IMG/VR virus record: IMGVR_UViG_3300039239_000038
Coordinates: 1 to 47,058 of that record
DNA: 47,058 nt
From: a virus
Taxonomy: Duplodnaviria > Caudoviricetes
Direction: 5' to 3' (one strand)
The notes below the pieces were generated by a model. It had not been told where the DNA came from, made no database searches, and was given only the letters and a program-made list of their open reading frames with translations. Every line of letters begins with the position of its first letter. The stretch's first letter is position 1. This document shows positions 1-9,185 of this stretch, one piece after another. Made by a program: the position numbers and the translations under genes.

Positions 1-253
<253 letters not shown>

Positions 254-260
254 CGTGCAC

Positions 261-314
261 ATGAGCACGAGCACCATTAGGCCGGTGGCGGTGAGTATGG
301 CCCTCAGAAGATGA
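261..314 (+). CDS. Possible leaderless 17-aa peptide MSTSTIRPVAVSMALRR (or sRNA)
   Basis: ATG 7 nt after the -10 hexamer. Confidence 0.3.
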   Translation: MSTSTIRPVAVSMALRR

Positions 315-376
315 GGAGGGGACAACGGAGTCCCCGCCAACGGCACGAAGCACCAGGATCACCCCGACCAGCTACC

Positions 377-634
377 TCACCACGCGTGAGAAGAGAAGCC
401 CCCGACTCGCCGAGCGGGGGCTTTCTTCATGCGGCGCGGCGACCCTCGCGCGCGGATCCGGCCGCAGAGCAGCGGGTCCAACCGGACGCCTTCCTCCGAC
501 GTTACGGCGTGGATCAGGAGCTGGTAGTACCTGGCCGGCGGGAGTCCGAGCTCGTCGACGATCAGCATCTCCTTGTGCGACGTGTGCCGGGGGTGACGGT
601 TCTCGAAGTCGAACAGCTCTTGGACGGTGGGCAT
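377..634 (-). CDS. DUF3263-like small actinobacterial protein
   Basis: LFDFE...KEMLIVDELGLPPARYYQLL...LDPLL pattern. Confidence 0.7.
   Translation of the reverse strand: MPTVQELFDFENRHPRHTSHKEMLIVDELGLPPARYYQLLIHAVTSEEGVRLDPLLCGRIRARGSPRRMKKAPARRVGGFSSHAW
396..428. terminator. Probable bidirectional intrinsic terminator
   Basis: AAGCCCCCG...CGGGGGCTT stem followed by TCTTC. Confidence 0.55.
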
Positions 635-640
635 GTGGAC

Positions 641-662
641 AGTGTCCGCGGGGGTTCCGACG
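641..662 (-). promoter_or_regulatory. PafBC/RecA-NDp-like promoter (degenerate), leaderless
   Basis: CGTCGG-N10-GACACT-N6-ATG(634). Confidence 0.45.
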
Positions 663-667
663 TAGCA

Positions 668-1075
668 TCAGCCCAGCCGGGTCACTGTTGCTGTTGCGGT
701 GCCGCCCTCGAAGACGACGGAGCATTCGAAGGTGTTGCGCAGTGCGGCGCCGAAGCTGTTCTCAGCGTCTACTTCCCCAGTGACACGGAAAGTGGTTCCT
801 GACCCTACGGCTTTGGTGCCAACGAACTTTGCGGTCGATGGCGCCTTGAGGGAACGTTTCACGGCGTTCTCGCACGAGATCTGCGCGAGGACGGGACGGT
901 CGCGGGCTTCATCTCCGGAGGTGTCGCGTGTTGCGCTGTAGACGAGGAAAGCGACGACTACGGCCGCAACGATGCCCAGACAACCAAGGCATCCCCCTAG
1001 ACCCCCGGCGGGTTTCTTTGGCCCGATGCCGCCTTTGATGCTGTCCATCTTCGGGTTGTAGTCGTCTTGCGCCAT
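668..1075 (-). CDS. Membrane-anchored hypothetical protein
   Basis: One TM helix (GCLGIVAAVVVAFLVY) then Cys-containing soluble domain; CAGGGGG RBS. Confidence 0.7.
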   Translation of the reverse strand: MAQDDYNPKMDSIKGGIGPKKPAGGLGGCLGCLGIVAAVVVAFLVYSATRDTSGDEARDRPVLAQISCENAVKRSLKAPSTAKFVGTKAVGSGTTFRVTGEVDAENSFGAALRNTFECSVVFEGGTATATVTRLG

Positions 1076-1180
1076 TGCCGCCCCCTGTACGTACGTCCAG
1101 CACATCCTACGAGGAAGGCATCTCCTTCGCCGCCTCTAGGTTTAGCCTCACCAGCGGCGGTGTGCGCCTCACTGACGCAC

Positions 1181-1229
1181 GAAACGCCCCTCCCAGCACA
1201 CACAGTGCGGGAGGGGCGGTGATCGTTTC
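1181..1229. terminator. Hairpin / possible terminator
   Basis: CGCCCCTCCC...GGGAGGGGCG inverted repeat. Confidence 0.45.
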
Positions 1230-1247
1230 GGTGGGGGCGTCTACTGT
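1226..1247 (+). promoter_or_regulatory. PafBC/RecA-NDp-like promoter, leaderless
   Basis: TTTCGG-N10-TACTGT-N8-ATG(1256). Confidence 0.5.
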
Positions 1248-1255
1248 TCCGGGTC

Positions 1256-1534
1256 ATGGGTTCGGTGAAGGTCACGGCAGGGAAGCTCGAGGAGACGCTC
1301 GCGAGGGTGCCGCCGGTCACGTTGCCGACGCCGGCGTGGGGCCCGCAACCGATCGGATGGTTCACGGGGACGCGGCCAGTGTGGGTGTGGGTGTCGTGGC
1401 GTGACCGGCCCGCAACACGTGAACCCGGGGTCGCGCGGGGAGCGAACGACCGGGTCGTGATGGTCAGCATCGACGTGGGCGGGGACCACTGGGAACCCGT
1501 CGTCTGGCGCAACGCCGTCACCGTGCGGGGATGA
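1256..1534 (+). CDS. Hypothetical Trp-rich protein
   Basis: 92-aa ORF with promoter upstream and terminator downstream. Confidence 0.65.
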   Translation: MGSVKVTAGKLEETLARVPPVTLPTPAWGPQPIGWFTGTRPVWVWVSWRDRPATREPGVARGANDRVVMVSIDVGGDHWEPVVWRNAVTVRG

Positions 1535-1538
1535 ACGA

Positions 1539-1590
1539 CGAAACGCCCCCGACGTCACCTCACAAGGGAGGGAGGCCGGGGGCGTTGTTG
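1539..1590. terminator. Terminator between convergent genes
   Basis: AACGCCCCCG...CGGGGGCGTT inverted repeat. Confidence 0.65.
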
Positions 1591-1591
1591 T

Positions 1592-1759
1592 CTAGTAGGC
1601 CGCGAGCGCGGACAACAGTGACTGATCTTCGATAGCGATCCGGCGGGCCAGTTCTAAGCCCACGTCAGACCGGACGTACTCTCTGCCACCTCGGCTGACC
1701 GTGGGTGCGTTCTCGAAGGCCAGAGGCCACGGCGACGACGGCCACGTGTTCTCCATCAT
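1592..1759 (-). CDS. Small hypothetical protein (55 aa)
   Basis: GGGAGG RBS before ATG. Confidence 0.5.
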   Translation of the reverse strand: MMENTWPSSPWPLAFENAPTVSRGGREYVRSDVGLELARRIAIEDQSLLSALAAY

Positions 1760-1773
1760 CGTGGTCCTCCCGG

Positions 1774-3867
1774 TCACCCGGCCACGAACGAGGCAGAATC
1801 GAACCGTGCCACGGTCCCTGCGGCGGTGAGGCCATGCTTCTTGTTCGTCGCGAACGTCGAGTCGGTGTAGGTGATCCGTTCGGTGCCGTTGAGGCTCACG
1901 GAGATCGAGTTGCCGGACAACACCACCGAGAGGGTGTCCCCGTTCGCGAACGTGAGCCCCGTAGCGGACCCCACCAGCGTTCCCACCCCGCCTGCGACCT
2001 TCCGCAGCTCCAGGGTGGTGCTGTTGGGTTGCACGTAGAACAGGTTCGACGCGTCGAAGATGCGGAACGCAACGCCCGCGAAACTCGCCGTCACCGACAT
2101 GACCGCCGTGAGCGTCCCGTTCTGCGCACCCGTGTCAACGAACGCGTATCCGCGGGACGCGGGAGTGGGACAGTACGCCGCGTTCCCCGCAATGCCCCAC
2201 ACGCTGCTGTTGATCGTCTGCCAGGTCTTCCCGTCGGTGGTGGTGCCGAGGGTGGTGGACGAGTCGGTGCGGTTGAAGTCGTCGGTGAACCCGGTGGACG
2301 CGGAGACCGTGCCGGCGAACGTCTGACTGTTCGTGCCGGCACTGTTCGACGCGCGGATGGTGACCGTGTACGACCCGGCCGCAGTCGGGGTACCGGAGAT
2401 CACACCAACCGAGGACAGGGCCAGCCCTGCGGGCAGCGCACCCGAGGTGACCGTATAGGTCAGCGGTGGCGTGCCGGTCGCGGTGAGCGCCTGCGAGAAC
2501 GACGATCCGACGAACATGGAGTTCAGCGCGGTCGTGGTAATCGTCGGCGCGGTGATCGTGCCGCCGCTGTAGTCCCCGTACGGGAGCGGGAGCGCGTCGT
2601 GCAGGGCGGTGGCATAGTCCTTGTGCCCAAGGGTGCCGAAGTGAACGGTGGTGGGTGCGGCGGGCGGGTAGTACCCGTCCGCGACGGCCTGTGTGCGGTC
2701 GGAGATCACCAGGTGCCCGGGCCAGTACGCGACGTGATCGTTCGCATCGCTCAACTCCCGCGCCGCCGTCTGGTAGGCGGACTCCGGGATCGCGAACGCC
2801 TCGCCCCCGTTGATCGGAGGAGACGACGCGAGCAGCACGCACGCACCGCCCGCGACGGCTTCGGTGATCGCTTCCTGGATCTGGGTCTTCCACGTGGCGA
2901 TCGGTGTCTGCGCGTACACGTCGTTCGTGTCCAACTCGATGACCACCATGTGCGAGTACCCGGATAGAACCGACGCCTTGATGTTGCGAGTTCGCGCCGT
3001 GCCGGTGGCTGCGCCAGCAATGTCATACGCCTTCGATCCAGGCGCGCCGACCCGGTTCACGATCACCCCGGTGCCGCGGTGAGGGACCACCGCGAACACG
3101 TACGCGCCGTTCGTGGACCCGCCGGGGTGGCTGACCGTGATGTCGTGGGCGACGTCGGTGAACCCGGTCAGCCGCATCACGTTCAGCGTCCCGGACACCA
3201 CAGTCGTCGTGCCGGCGTCGGCGACGGTGGAATCGACGGTCACCTTCGGGCGCACCGGGGTTGTCACGCCCGAATCTGAGCCCCAATAGAACGCGTCCAG
3301 CGCGGTGAACCGGCCCGCGAACGTCGAGGGGATCGTGATCGACGCGGCCCCCGCCGCGTAGAGGTTGTACCCCCCGTACTGGAAACCACCCGGCGTCGAC
3401 ACATAACTATCGAACGGCCCCAGCGTGGGCGAGAACGCCGGTGCCGGCGAAGTCGACAACGAAGCGACCCCGTACGCCGAGTACAGGCCGAGGAAGTTCT
3501 GCGCCACCGCCTGCCGGTTGTCGCGGGCGAACAGCTTCCGCAGCACCACGGGCCACGCGTTCTCCCGGTACAGACCGTTCGGGTCGACCATGCCACCGTT
3601 GACGTCGTCGGATCCGATACCCCAACCGATCGAGTGAGTCAAGCACGTGATCACCGCAGGAGTGATGTCCTGCCGCCCGAGGGCCGCGGCCAGTCGGGCG
3701 AGCTTCTGCACGTTGTATATCCGGTTCGCCCGAAGTGCACGCGCCTGCCCCTGCGCGATCTTGGGCGCCGCAGCGGACACCCGCGAATCGATAAGCTCAG
3801 GAGCCGACGCGCCCAGAACGAAGATGGAGTCCGCTGCTTCCTTGGTGTAGATGACAGGTCCAGGCAT
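1774..3867 (-). CDS. Tail/receptor-binding protein with SGNH-hydrolase-like domain, Ig-like domain and C-terminal beta-sandwich
   Basis: SGNH blocks LTHSIGWG / NRVGAPG / ELDTND / TVHF; ALPAGLALSSVGVISGTPT putative Ig motif. Confidence 0.7.
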   Translation of the reverse strand: MPGPVIYTKEAADSIFVLGASAPELIDSRVSAAAPKIAQGQARALRANRIYNVQKLARLAAALGRQDITPAVITCLTHSIGWGIGSDDVNGGMVDPNGLYRENAWPVVLRKLFARDNRQAVAQNFLGLYSAYGVASLSTSPAPAFSPTLGPFDSYVSTPGGFQYGGYNLYAAGAASITIPSTFAGRFTALDAFYWGSDSGVTTPVRPKVTVDSTVADAGTTTVVSGTLNVMRLTGFTDVAHDITVSHPGGSTNGAYVFAVVPHRGTGVIVNRVGAPGSKAYDIAGAATGTARTRNIKASVLSGYSHMVVIELDTNDVYAQTPIATWKTQIQEAITEAVAGGACVLLASSPPINGGEAFAIPESAYQTAARELSDANDHVAYWPGHLVISDRTQAVADGYYPPAAPTTVHFGTLGHKDYATALHDALPLPYGDYSGGTITAPTITTTALNSMFVGSSFSQALTATGTPPLTYTVTSGALPAGLALSSVGVISGTPTAAGSYTVTIRASNSAGTNSQTFAGTVSASTGFTDDFNRTDSSTTLGTTTDGKTWQTINSSVWGIAGNAAYCPTPASRGYAFVDTGAQNGTLTAVMSVTASFAGVAFRIFDASNLFYVQPNSTTLELRKVAGGVGTLVGSATGLTFANGDTLSVVLSGNSISVSLNGTERITYTDSTFATNKKHGLTAAGTVARFDSASFVAG

Positions 3868-3877
3868 TTTGTCCGCC

Positions 3878-4135
3878 TCACAGAGTCAGGGTGCCGTCAC
3901 CGTTGTCGGTGAATGAGCCAGGGTTCAGGGTGATAGTGCCGTCGCCGTTGTCGGTGTATCCGCCACCCGCCCCAGCCGCGGCTATCGCACGGGCAACAGC
4001 GGCGCCTACGGGAGTGTCGGGGTTGTCCGCGTCCGCCGCGACGGTGTCGTACTGCTGGCCGAGGATGTCAAGCTTCTCGGCTGTGACGGCCTTGGACGGG
4101 TCCCCGTCGCGCCACTGCGGTCGAGAGAACGGCAT
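3878..4135 (-). CDS. Small putative virion/tail-associated protein
   Basis: AGGAGG RBS; two TDNGDGTxTL repeats. Confidence 0.6.
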   Translation of the reverse strand: MPFSRPQWRDGDPSKAVTAEKLDILGQQYDTVAADADNPDTPVGAAVARAIAAAGAGGGYTDNGDGTITLNPGSFTDNGDGTLTL

Positions 4136-4144
4136 GTGCGCCTC

Positions 4145-4267
4145 CTACACGGGGTGATGCCGACAGGGTGACGGCTGGGATGACGACGGGGTGATGCGGG
4201 TGAAAGCGGGGTACGTGAGAGCGGCGGCCGCCCAGAGGACGGCCGCCGCGAGCAGGAAACGGATCAC
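4145..4267 (-). CDS. Small hydrophobic/signal-peptide protein (40 aa)
   Basis: GTGA overlap with holin stop; IRFLLAAAVLWAAAALTY. Confidence 0.45.
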   Translation of the reverse strand: MIRFLLAAAVLWAAAALTYPAFTRITPSSSQPSPCRHHPV

Positions 4268-4593
4268 TCGTTGTGTCCGCCAGGCGCCCGGTAGCGGGCC
4301 GTGTGCGGGTCGATCGCGTCCTGATACTCCGTGCGCGTCACAGTCGACGGGTCGGGCGCGTACGCCGGCAGACGGGCGATTCCGAGGAGCCACCCGAACC
4401 GGGGCGCGACGTACAGCTCAAGCAGCCGCACACCGATGTAGTACACGCCCTGGAACGCGCCCGTGATGACGAGGGTCAGCGCCACCTCGAACTGGTCGTC
4501 GAGGGTGATGCCGGAGGTGACAGCCCATCCGATAACGGCGCCGACGATGATCGGCACGAGGGTACGGACGATGGAGTCGAACAGAGCCTTCAT
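4264..4593 (-). CDS. Holin-like membrane protein
   Basis: Two TM segments, SIVRTLVPIIVG...GWLLG; GAAAGG RBS; lysis cassette. Confidence 0.7.
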   Translation of the reverse strand: MKALFDSIVRTLVPIIVGAVIGWAVTSGITLDDQFEVALTLVITGAFQGVYYIGVRLLELYVAPRFGWLLGIARLPAYAPDPSTVTRTEYQDAIDPHTARYRAPGGHNE

Positions 4594-4606
4594 GGCGGGT
4601 GTCCTT

Positions 4607-4921
4607 TCAGACGTCGGCGTAGGAGCCGTTGGTGATGAACCCGTGCTTGCCGCAGCAGTCGGGCCAGATGACGGAGGCGGTGATGGTGAGTGGTTCGATC
4701 TGCACGAGCGTGTGCGCACGGTGCCCCGAAGGTCGCCATCCGAATCGCTCGCCCGGGGCGACCGTCTCGGGGCCGAGGATCTTCCCGCAGTCGTGCCACA
4801 CCCACAGGCACTCGATGGCGTGGATGTGCCCTTCGGGCTCCTCGCACGTCCAGGAGTAGGCGACCCCGTTGCCGAGATCACGCGAGAACTTCGGCGGCTC
4901 GATAGCGGCGCGTGCGCTCAT
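4607..4921 (-). CDS. Cys/His metal-binding protein (DUF6527-like)
   Basis: WHDC...PLTITASV...CCGKHGFITNG motif; GAAAGG RBS. Confidence 0.55.
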   Translation of the reverse strand: MSARAAIEPPKFSRDLGNGVAYSWTCEEPEGHIHAIECLWVWHDCGKILGPETVAPGERFGWRPSGHRAHTLVQIEPLTITASVIWPDCCGKHGFITNGSYADV

Positions 4922-4965
4922 GGCTGGGGTGTCCTTTCAAGACGAAGACCCCGGGGCACCCGGAG

Positions 4966-5286
4966 TCAGGAGGTGTCGCGGTCTGGCCGTGACGGGTACG
5001 GGTCGAGCTCGTCCGGGTCGGTGCAGGGCGCGTCGATGAACCGGCGGCGGGCGAGCGCGAGAGCCTCCTCGAGGATCCGCACCCACCGTTCCAGCCAGCC
5101 GACCCGCGCGATTGCGACGTCGCGCTCCACGCGCGCCTTGTCGCGCTCGGCGATCGCAGCGTCGACCTCCGCACGCCGCTTCTGCAGGTGGCCCTGCCGG
5201 GCGTCGCGGACCCAGTCGAGGATCTTCACGAGCAGACCACCGGAGGTGATCGCGATGATGAGCTTCACGAGGTCTTCGATGGTCAC
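4966..5286 (-). CDS. Membrane protein with coiled coil (lysis-associated)
   Basis: N-terminal TM then charged heptads. Confidence 0.65.
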   Translation of the reverse strand: MTIEDLVKLIIAITSGGLLVKILDWVRDARQGHLQKRRAEVDAAIAERDKARVERDVAIARVGWLERWVRILEEALALARRRFIDAPCTDPDELDPYPSRPDRDTS

Positions 5287-5293
5287 GTGGCGC

Positions 5294-5716
5294 TCACCTC
5301 CGGGGCTCGAACGTGTACTTCCTGATCAGCAGCCAGCGGACGAAGAAGAGCCCCGCGCCGAGCGCGATCCACCCCATCTGCGTGAGGCGCGACCCGGACT
5401 GCGAGAGCTGCAGGGACAGGACGACGATGAAGTAGATCGCCGCGCCCAGCCAGATCATGACGATCGAGAGTCGCTCAGCGAACCACCACCCGGGGAACAC
5501 CGTCAGCAGGCCGCCGAACGCGCCCATGATGACGAACCCCGCCCACACAGCGGTCAGCGGCCCACCAAGCGCACCCTCGATCGACTGCGGCGGACGCAGG
5601 AGGGTCACGAACCCCGTCAGCAGCGCCACCCCGTAGAACACGAAGTACGTGGCCTTCAGGTGCCGGGGTTCTGTGATCGACTCCCACACGCGCCGCGCGC
5701 GCAGGATCACCATCAT
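5294..5716 (-). CDS. 4-TM membrane protein (holin-like)
   Basis: Four hydrophobic segments; coupled to endolysin stop. Confidence 0.7.
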   Translation of the reverse strand: MMVILRARRVWESITEPRHLKATYFVFYGVALLTGFVTLLRPPQSIEGALGGPLTAVWAGFVIMGAFGGLLTVFPGWWFAERLSIVMIWLGAAIYFIVVLSLQLSQSGSRLTQMGWIALGAGLFFVRWLLIRKYTFEPRR

Positions 5717-6513
5717 CCGACCCGCGACAGGTAGGCGCGGACGATGTCGTACTCCGCGGTGAGCATCTGATCCGACCCGTTGTTGTTGAAGTACCGCTGG
5801 ATCAGCGACACCTCGTACGGGTTCGCGATGTGTGTCCGCTTCCCCGTCTCCGAGTTCGTCAGCCAGATGCCATGATCACCGTCAGCGAGCGGCAGCAGCG
5901 TGTACTTCCCGTAGTCGCCGCGCGCGTCGAGCGCCTTCTTCACCTCCGAAGCAACGATGTCGCGGACACCGTTGAGGATGTCTTCCTTCACGCCCATGAT
6001 CTGCTCCTCCTCCGTGACCACACGGGTCGCGTTGTTCGATGTAGCTGCGGGTGCCCCACTGCGAGGGTTCTTGTCGATGACGTGCCACGGCTCATCCGGG
6101 TAGCCCCGATCGGGCTGGATCATCCCCGGCGTGAGACCGACAGCACGGCAGTCTTCGTAGAACGCGGCACGACCGCCGTGCTTCTCGTACACCCACGCCC
6201 AGTTGCCATAGTCGACCGCGAGGGTCTCGATGCCCTCCCAGAATCCGCCGTGCGACGAAGTGCGCGGTGTGGCTGCGCCGATGCCCCAGATGCGTCGGGC
6301 GATCACCTGAGCCGCGTACGGTCGGTAACACGACCACCCATCCGAAGGTTCCAGCCACCGTCCCGTCCGGTCGAACGCGCGCTGCAACAGCGCCAGGTGC
6401 CGGGCGTACGTGCCGGGGGTGAGACCCCAGAACCAGTCACCGTCGATGCTGTTCCACCCTCGGCGGAAGATGACCAGATCACTCTCGGGGATGTCCCCGT
6501 TCTTCCATGCCAT
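5713..6513 (-). CDS. Endolysin, M15-family zinc peptidase
   Basis: YRPYAAQ, SSHG...AVD and EPWH motifs. Confidence 0.85.
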   Translation of the reverse strand: MAWKNGDIPESDLVIFRRGWNSIDGDWFWGLTPGTYARHLALLQRAFDRTGRWLEPSDGWSCYRPYAAQVIARRIWGIGAATPRTSSHGGFWEGIETLAVDYGNWAWVYEKHGGRAAFYEDCRAVGLTPGMIQPDRGYPDEPWHVIDKNPRSGAPAATSNNATRVVTEEEQIMGVKEDILNGVRDIVASEVKKALDARGDYGKYTLLPLADGDHGIWLTNSETGKRTHIANPYEVSLIQRYFNNNGSDQMLTAEYDIVRAYLSRVG

Positions 6514-6538
6514 GGCAGGTTTCCTCTCCCTCGGTCAG

Positions 6539-7531
6539 TTAGACCGCGCGGGTCCACTCCATGTCCACGAGCACGACCATCCCGTCCGCACCAGAATTCG
6601 ACGCCACCGCCGACGACAACCAGATCTGGAACAAGCCAGCCGAGGTGACTCGCGCCCACCCCCACACCGTCGTAGTCCCGGAGAACACGATCGGACAGAA
6701 ACCGTCCGACCCAGCCGCCGGCCGCCACCCCACCGGAACGTTGCCGACCGTGTACAAGGTCGTCGCCGAGAAGTTCGTCAACGACGTCGTCGTGAACGCG
6801 CCCCGAAGTCCTCCGCGGGTGCCTCGACGGCGGAGCCGCAGCGACTCGTACAACCCGTGGTCTGCGTAGAACGACTCCGCGTACGGCACCGTCCGGGTCT
6901 CCTCGAACGCCCAGATGCCGTTCTCCCGCACCGCGAGGACGTCGAGGTCAAGACGGTACGCAGTCGCACCGTCAGCCGGCGTCCACGCGTCCATCTCTGC
7001 CTGATTCCTCAGCCACACCGTGCCACCCGCCATCGCGGTGAACGGTGCCGTCTGCGTGATCACGACCGTCTGCGTCGTCAGGTCGCCGGACGTGACCACC
7101 GCAGTGGCCAGCTCGAGCGCGCCGGCCGGGATCGAAGGCTTCGACGGGGACGCGTTCGCGACCCCCTGCGTCACCCCGAACAGCGGCGCCGTGCCCGTGT
7201 CACTCGCGAGAGGGAACAGGCACCGCACCCAGATCACGTCGATCCGGGAATTCGATCCCGGCGCCGCGGTCGTCGCGACGGTGGTGATCGCGTCGTTCGC
7301 GACCCACTCCACACCGGCACTGTTCCGCGCGGTCACCGCGACGAACGGCGCGATCTGGTACGTCATGCCCAGGTCGGCGGTGCCGGTGACGATCGGGTCC
7401 GTCGAGAACGGCACCACCCCCACACGGGACACCCCGGCGGCGGAACGGACGGCCATGCCCGCCTGGATGCGACGCCACGCAGCAGCGGACAGTCCAGCGG
7501 GCGCCTCGGTGGGAAGGGAAGGGGTGAGCAT
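6539..7531 (-). CDS. Minor tail protein
   Basis: AAPGSNSRIDVIW...GVANASPSKPSIPAGALELA pattern; position. Confidence 0.75.
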   Translation of the reverse strand: MLTPSLPTEAPAGLSAAAWRRIQAGMAVRSAAGVSRVGVVPFSTDPIVTGTADLGMTYQIAPFVAVTARNSAGVEWVANDAITTVATTAAPGSNSRIDVIWVRCLFPLASDTGTAPLFGVTQGVANASPSKPSIPAGALELATAVVTSGDLTTQTVVITQTAPFTAMAGGTVWLRNQAEMDAWTPADGATAYRLDLDVLAVRENGIWAFEETRTVPYAESFYADHGLYESLRLRRRGTRGGLRGAFTTTSLTNFSATTLYTVGNVPVGWRPAAGSDGFCPIVFSGTTTVWGWARVTSAGLFQIWLSSAVASNSGADGMVVLVDMEWTRAV

Positions 7532-7539
7532 GACGCCTC

Positions 7540-7962
7540 CTAGGCGGTGTTACCGATGCGACCGTCGCCCGCGGTCCACGTGACAACGCGGCCCGAAGCG
7601 GACGACAGGTTCGTCGTGAGGATGGAAGGCATACGCACCACACCGCCGGTCTGGCCGATCGTGACGTCCGGCCCGGCGAGAGCCGCCGCCACCTGCGCGG
7701 CGACGATGTCGTCGATGTTCTCGTTGATGAAGTCGGTGATCCGCTGGTCCAGGTCGCTGACAAGGATCGTGAGCTGTTCCTGCTGTGCGGTGAGCTGCGC
7801 CTGCTGCTCCGCGATGACCGTCACCGCGGCCTGCAGCGCCGAGACAGCGTTGTACTGCTGCGTGCCCGTCGGGGACTGCAGCTCCTTGACCGCCGCGCGG
7901 AGACGGGCGATCTCGTCCGCGAGACCCTCGAGGTCTGTGCGGGGAGGGGACGGGTCAGCCAT
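7540..7962 (-). CDS. Minor tail protein (coiled coil)
   Basis: TGATG coupling; GAGGAGG RBS. Confidence 0.65.
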   Translation of the reverse strand: MADPSPPRTDLEGLADEIARLRAAVKELQSPTGTQQYNAVSALQAAVTVIAEQQAQLTAQQEQLTILVSDLDQRITDFINENIDDIVAAQVAAALAGPDVTIGQTGGVVRMPSILTTNLSSASGRVVTWTAGDGRIGNTA

Positions 7963-9185
7963 CAACCCTCCTCGTCGTACGTGGCCCCACAGGTCACCTG
8001 GATGAAGTCCGACCGGGACGAACCCGAGAGGCCCACGATCCGCCGCTTGTACGAGCCGGGAGGCAGGTAGTCGTAGATCGGGTCGAGGGTCGTGTCCCCG
8101 GTCACCACACCCGGGCCAGTGAGCGTCCCCGGGCCGGTGAGGAGGCCGAGCTTGATCTGCTGCCGCTCCGACAGGAACAGCTCCGCCATGTCGCCGCACC
8201 CGTACTCGTACGGAAACGGGGACTGATCCCCCGACGCGTCGAACGACCAGAACTCCCACGGCTTACGCGCCGTCCGCAGAGCCTCCACGTTCGCGGAGTC
8301 CAACGTGCCCGTGTCCTTCGCCGTCGTCGACACGTCAGCATCCAGATGCAGCAGCGGGAACCCCCGGTCGACAAGGTACGGGTCGTACAGCATGCGCAGC
8401 AGCGTCGTGTCCGACGAACGCCCCGCGGCCGCCCACGACACCGACCCCATGCGGGACGGGTCGAGCTGCACCCCCACACCGGTGACGTCGTTCGGCTCCC
8501 ACGTCAACGGCACCTCACCCTGCAGACGCGGGCGATCCTCCGTGCCCGACTCGTACACCCACCCGAACGAATCCGAACCAGTGCGGACAAGCCGCACACG
8601 GATGTCTGGGCCGTTCTCCTGGTTCGACAGGTCAGTGAGCGCGGCACCGACTTTCTTCCGCTCAACAGCCGTGTACGACTGCTGGCGGATGCCAGGCCGG
8701 TCGGGGTGGAACTCGATCGGGATGTCCGTCCACCCGGGCCACAGGCACGCCTGCTGCACCAGCCGCTTCCCGATCGTCCCGTGATCCACACCCTCGATGA
8801 CCGTGTCGAACCCCTCGGCAGGTTTCCCCTCAGGCGCGAGCCAGTCCGGCGCCGCAGCACCCAGAAGACCCGGCGGCGGCGGGAGCACCGGCACACCAGC
8901 GAGCATGTGCCGGAACCCGCGCGCGGTGACCTTGAGCGAGCTCCGGTCACGGTCGAAATCCTGCGGCAGGATCGGCCCGCCCAGCAGGTGCCCTCCGGCA
9001 TCCACCGCGATCGAGTGCTTCCACGGGGTGAACAGGTTCCGCCACCCGCGGATCCCATCAACGAAGTGGACGTTGACGGTCTCGGCGGTGTTCGACTGCT
9101 CCTGCCAATCGTGCTCGTCGGGCTCGACTTCCTCGAGCAGCGCACCCCCACGGGTCTCGAAGACGAAGAACCGGGTCACCACCAT
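7962..9185 (-). CDS. Minor tail (baseplate hub/Tal-like) protein
   Basis: Follows Dit; LTDLSNQENGPDIRVR motif typical of actinophage minor tails. Confidence 0.75.
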   Translation of the reverse strand: MVVTRFFVFETRGGALLEEVEPDEHDWQEQSNTAETVNVHFVDGIRGWRNLFTPWKHSIAVDAGGHLLGGPILPQDFDRDRSSLKVTARGFRHMLAGVPVLPPPPGLLGAAAPDWLAPEGKPAEGFDTVIEGVDHGTIGKRLVQQACLWPGWTDIPIEFHPDRPGIRQQSYTAVERKKVGAALTDLSNQENGPDIRVRLVRTGSDSFGWVYESGTEDRPRLQGEVPLTWEPNDVTGVGVQLDPSRMGSVSWAAAGRSSDTTLLRMLYDPYLVDRGFPLLHLDADVSTTAKDTGTLDSANVEALRTARKPWEFWSFDASGDQSPFPYEYGCGDMAELFLSERQQIKLGLLTGPGTLTGPGVVTGDTTLDPIYDYLPPGSYKRRIVGLSGSSRSDFIQVTCGATYDEEG

